A stretch of DNA of 28,224 nt from Candidatus Sulfobium sp. (GTDB taxonomy: Bacteria; Nitrospirota; Thermodesulfovibrionia; Thermodesulfovibrionales; UBA6898), in assembly GCA_037380845.1 (NCBI GenBank), contig JARRRI010000046.1, positions 1 through 28,224 of the forward strand, read 5' to 3'. This document shows, piece after piece, positions 25,847 through 28,224 of this stretch. Position 1 is the first letter of the stretch, and each line of letters starts with the position of its first letter. The position numbers and the translations under genes were made by a program. The notes beneath the pieces are model-generated. The model ran no database searches and was not told the origin of the DNA. It worked only from the letters and a program-made list of their open reading frames with translations.

Positions 25847-26482
25847 TCAATCACTGATGCTCGCAAGATAAATTTTGTGCTGTGTATGCCTTACCAGAGA
25901 GATCTTATTCATGGCTTTCAGGACCCTCGTTGCATACCAGGCGTCGCCTCCCTCGTACCGGATGAGCGCCTTTCTGAGATTGCCGGTTCTTGAGATGTAC
26001 CTCTCCAGGACGTAGGTGCCCGCCGCTATGTTGTTGGCAATCTTATAAAGGTCCTCTCTTTTTCTGACGATCCCCTGGGTCTGCAGTTCATCAAGCCAGA
26101 TGCCGGGCATTATTCCCATGAGTCCCATCGCACCCTTGTCGCTGACGGCTCGCGGGTTGTAATTGGATTCTACAAGACAGACGGCCAGGATGAGGTCCCT
26201 GTGGGCGGTATTTGCCGCCGTGCCGTATATATCGGAAAGGACGTTATCGGACATCGCGGAGTTCTCCGCCATCCAATGAAGCACAGCCTGTCTGCCTGCT
26301 TCCCGCAGATCTGCACCTTTCGGGCTGCCAGCCGCGGAATTGTCGATGCCAGGCGGCGGTATCGATGCCTTTGACCTGTAGACCAGCGCAAAACTGATTG
26401 TCGCGACCAGGCACAGAAAGAGGGCCCCGCTGAGCAACCCCCGCCTGAAACGGGCTGCGCTGTCACTCATCGTATCTTTCAT
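25847..26482 (-). CDS. Lytic transglycosylase (SLT domain) with an N-terminal membrane anchor
   Basis: VESNYNPRAVSDKGAMGLMGIMP, NIAAGTYVL, ALIRYEG. ATG 26482 follows GGAGG. Confidence 0.88.
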   Translation of the reverse strand: MKDTMSDSAARFRRGLLSGALFLCLVATISFALVYRSKASIPPPGIDNSAAGSPKGADLREAGRQAVLHWMAENSAMSDNVLSDIYGTAANTAHRDLILAVCLVESNYNPRAVSDKGAMGLMGIMPGIWLDELQTQGIVRKREDLYKIANNIAAGTYVLERYISRTGNLRKALIRYEGGDAWYATRVLKAMNKISLVRHTQHKIYLASISD

Positions 26483-26894
26483 TCTGACTTCCTCCAAAAG
26501 ATCTGCACAAGGGACACCAATTTCTGGAACAACTGCTCGGGCGGTTTAAGGCTAAAGGGGAAAATTGGTACGCCGGAATGTTTTATGGCAGATCTGAATT
26601 ATTTTTGCAACTGATATTATGGCCTTTTTCGGGACTATATGTCAAACGAGACAGCGCGCTTTGAGTTCCCCCATTTTTCCTTCATTCCGGCGAAAGCCGC
26701 GAACCACTTGGGAGAAGGTTGAAAGAGGGAGGGATTTTAGGGAGCAATGACGGAGAAATAAAAAATGGTGCGAACGCCCGGAAGAAGCAGCGATTCAATT
26801 CGGCGTGATTTCGATGTAGAATGAATCATGAGTCAAATGACTGAAGGAGAAAGGTGATGAAACATATAATTATCGGCCGAGGAGGCCGCTCCAT

Positions 26895-27071
26895 ATGAAA
26901 ACTGACCGAAAGAAAGAGGATGGCCCTGCCGGGAAACCGCGGCACAGGGAAGGACCTGCACCGGAAGCCCCCGGCCAGCACGATGAAGAAAGCTGCAGAT
27001 GCAAGGAAGTTTCGCAGAAGTCGATATCGCAACTCCTCAAAGTAGCTGTCAGCGATCTGTCTTTCTGGTAA
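26895..27071 (+). CDS. 58-aa hypothetical protein MKTDRKKEDG...EESCRCKEVSQKSISQLLKVAVSDLSFW
   Basis: SD GAGGAGG 9 nt upstream. Below the ORF-track cutoff. Converges on the ferritin-like gene. Confidence 0.6.
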   Translation: MKTDRKKEDGPAGKPRHREGPAPEAPGQHDEESCRCKEVSQKSISQLLKVAVSDLSFW

Positions 27072-27140
27072 AAAAAGAAATAAAAGCCGGCCGGGCGAGG
27101 CGGCCTTCTCTCCGTACCGCCGTCACCGCAATAACGGCTG

Positions 27141-27569
27141 TTATTTCCCGAGCGCCTGTTCGAGGTCCATGGCGTGCTCCTGTTCCATGGCCAGGATATT
27201 CCTTAACTGCTGAGCCAGATGATAGAGGTTCAGTTCCTCTGCCTGCCTTATTCTTGCAATGTATCTGGCTATTGCGTCATTCTCGCCGTCAAGGTCCTGT
27301 TTGAGCATTTTTACGCTGTCTTTGGCAATCTTTGCGGGCGGCGTATCGACTGTCGGTACCCCGCCCAGATAATCGATCTGCGCGGCAAGGATGGTGGCGT
27401 GCTGAAGCTCCTCCTGGGCATGTACGATCAACTCCTTCTGGATGCTCTGATACATGGCGCCCTTCAGTGCTCCCTGATGCTGAGTATACTGTACGATGGC
27501 GGTATACTCGAGTCCCAGGTCCCTGTTTAGCGCCTCAATCAGCTGTTTGATTTTAGAAACTTTGGCCAT
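27141..27569 (-). CDS. Bacterioferritin-like di-iron ferritin-family protein
   Basis: LEYTAIVQY, EELQH, GENDAI..Y, EQEH ferroxidase ligands. SD GGAGG. Confidence 0.88.
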   Translation of the reverse strand: MAKVSKIKQLIEALNRDLGLEYTAIVQYTQHQGALKGAMYQSIQKELIVHAQEELQHATILAAQIDYLGGVPTVDTPPAKIAKDSVKMLKQDLDGENDAIARYIARIRQAEELNLYHLAQQLRNILAMEQEHAMDLEQALGK

Positions 27570-27781
27570 TCGGTCCTCCTTCCGGATTTTTCTTGTGGCG
27601 GTCTGTTGCGCGCGAATTCCTCAGTGCTGCCTGAACCCTTCTTCCGCTGAAGCCCGTAAAATTCAAGAAAGAGTCTACTGCACGAACCGGCCACCTCAAT
27701 ATCTTATGAAAATCCGGGCGGGAGTGCAACTCGGCCGGCGGGCTGACTTTTTTTGAGGACACTTCGAGTACAATAATCGTG

Positions 27782-28224
27782 ATGCTTCATGTTGTTTTAT
27801 ACCGCCCACAGATTCCTCCAAATACGGGTAATATCGCCCGCCAGTGCGTTGGAATGGCAGCCGGGCTTCATATCGTGAAACCCGTGGGATTCGACCTGAG
27901 CAGACAGGCTGCCCGACGGGCCGGTCTGGACTATTGGGGTGACGTGGACCTTACAGTGCATGAGAGCGGCGGTGAGTTTATGAAGTGGCTGGGAGCGCGG
28001 CAACCGTGGGTTATTACCAGCCGAGGGCGGATTCGCTACGACAGAACTGAATACCGGGATGAAGACCTTCTCCTGTTCGGCAGCGAGACACTCGGTCTGC
28101 CTCAGGATTGGTTCGATCGATGGCCTGAACGAACGGTCTATGTTCCCATGCCAGGGAAGGTCCGAAATTACAACCTTGCCAACACTGTAAGCGTGGTCCT
28201 CGCACAGGCAAGCCTCAAGGCAGG
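27782..28224 (+). CDS. trmL: tRNA (cytidine/uridine 34-2'-O)-methyltransferase (runs off the window edge)
   Basis: Not in the ORF track. MLHVVLYRPQIPPNTGNIAR..RRAGLDYW..LFGSETLGLP..VRNYNLAN. Confidence 0.93.
   Translation, partial: MLHVVLYRPQIPPNTGNIARQCVGMAAGLHIVKPVGFDLSRQAARRAGLDYWGDVDLTVHESGGEFMKWLGARQPWVITSRGRIRYDRTEYRDEDLLLFGSETLGLPQDWFDRWPERTVYVPMPGKVRNYNLANTVSVVLAQASLKA

Noticed and set aside
1..28224. tRNA, rRNA, prophage or intact transposase genes
   Set aside because: None recognised by eye. The only transposase is the truncated RAYT.

Overview
A GC-rich bacterial chromosomal window. Gene style suggests an anaerobe of the Nitrospirota/Desulfobacterota type (inference only). Housekeeping and metabolic genes: leuA (partial, with an attenuator-like leader), phosphoketolase, rsmE, an MTA/SAH deaminase, asd, a bacterioferritin-like protein and trmL (partial). 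Also present are an 802-aa secreted cytochrome c with 7 CxxCH motifs and a probable sigma54-driven TauE/TSUP-USP operon led by a short 'TFAEA' peptide. The most striking module (16604-19133) is a compact SOS-mutagenesis cassette. It has a consensus TTGACA-17-TATAAT promoter whose spacer is almost filled by a GTGAAC-N4-GTTCAC operator, a probably leaderless HTH + UmuD-like S24 repressor, and a UmuC-like Y-family polymerase. A small membrane ORF and a truncated REP-associated tyrosine transposase lie between the two genes. Intergenic spaces hold many miniature palindromic elements, some nested; one appears to have replaced the 3' end of a gene in frame. Several unlisted ORFs under 60 aa are supported. 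All calls come from reading motifs by eye; no searches were run.
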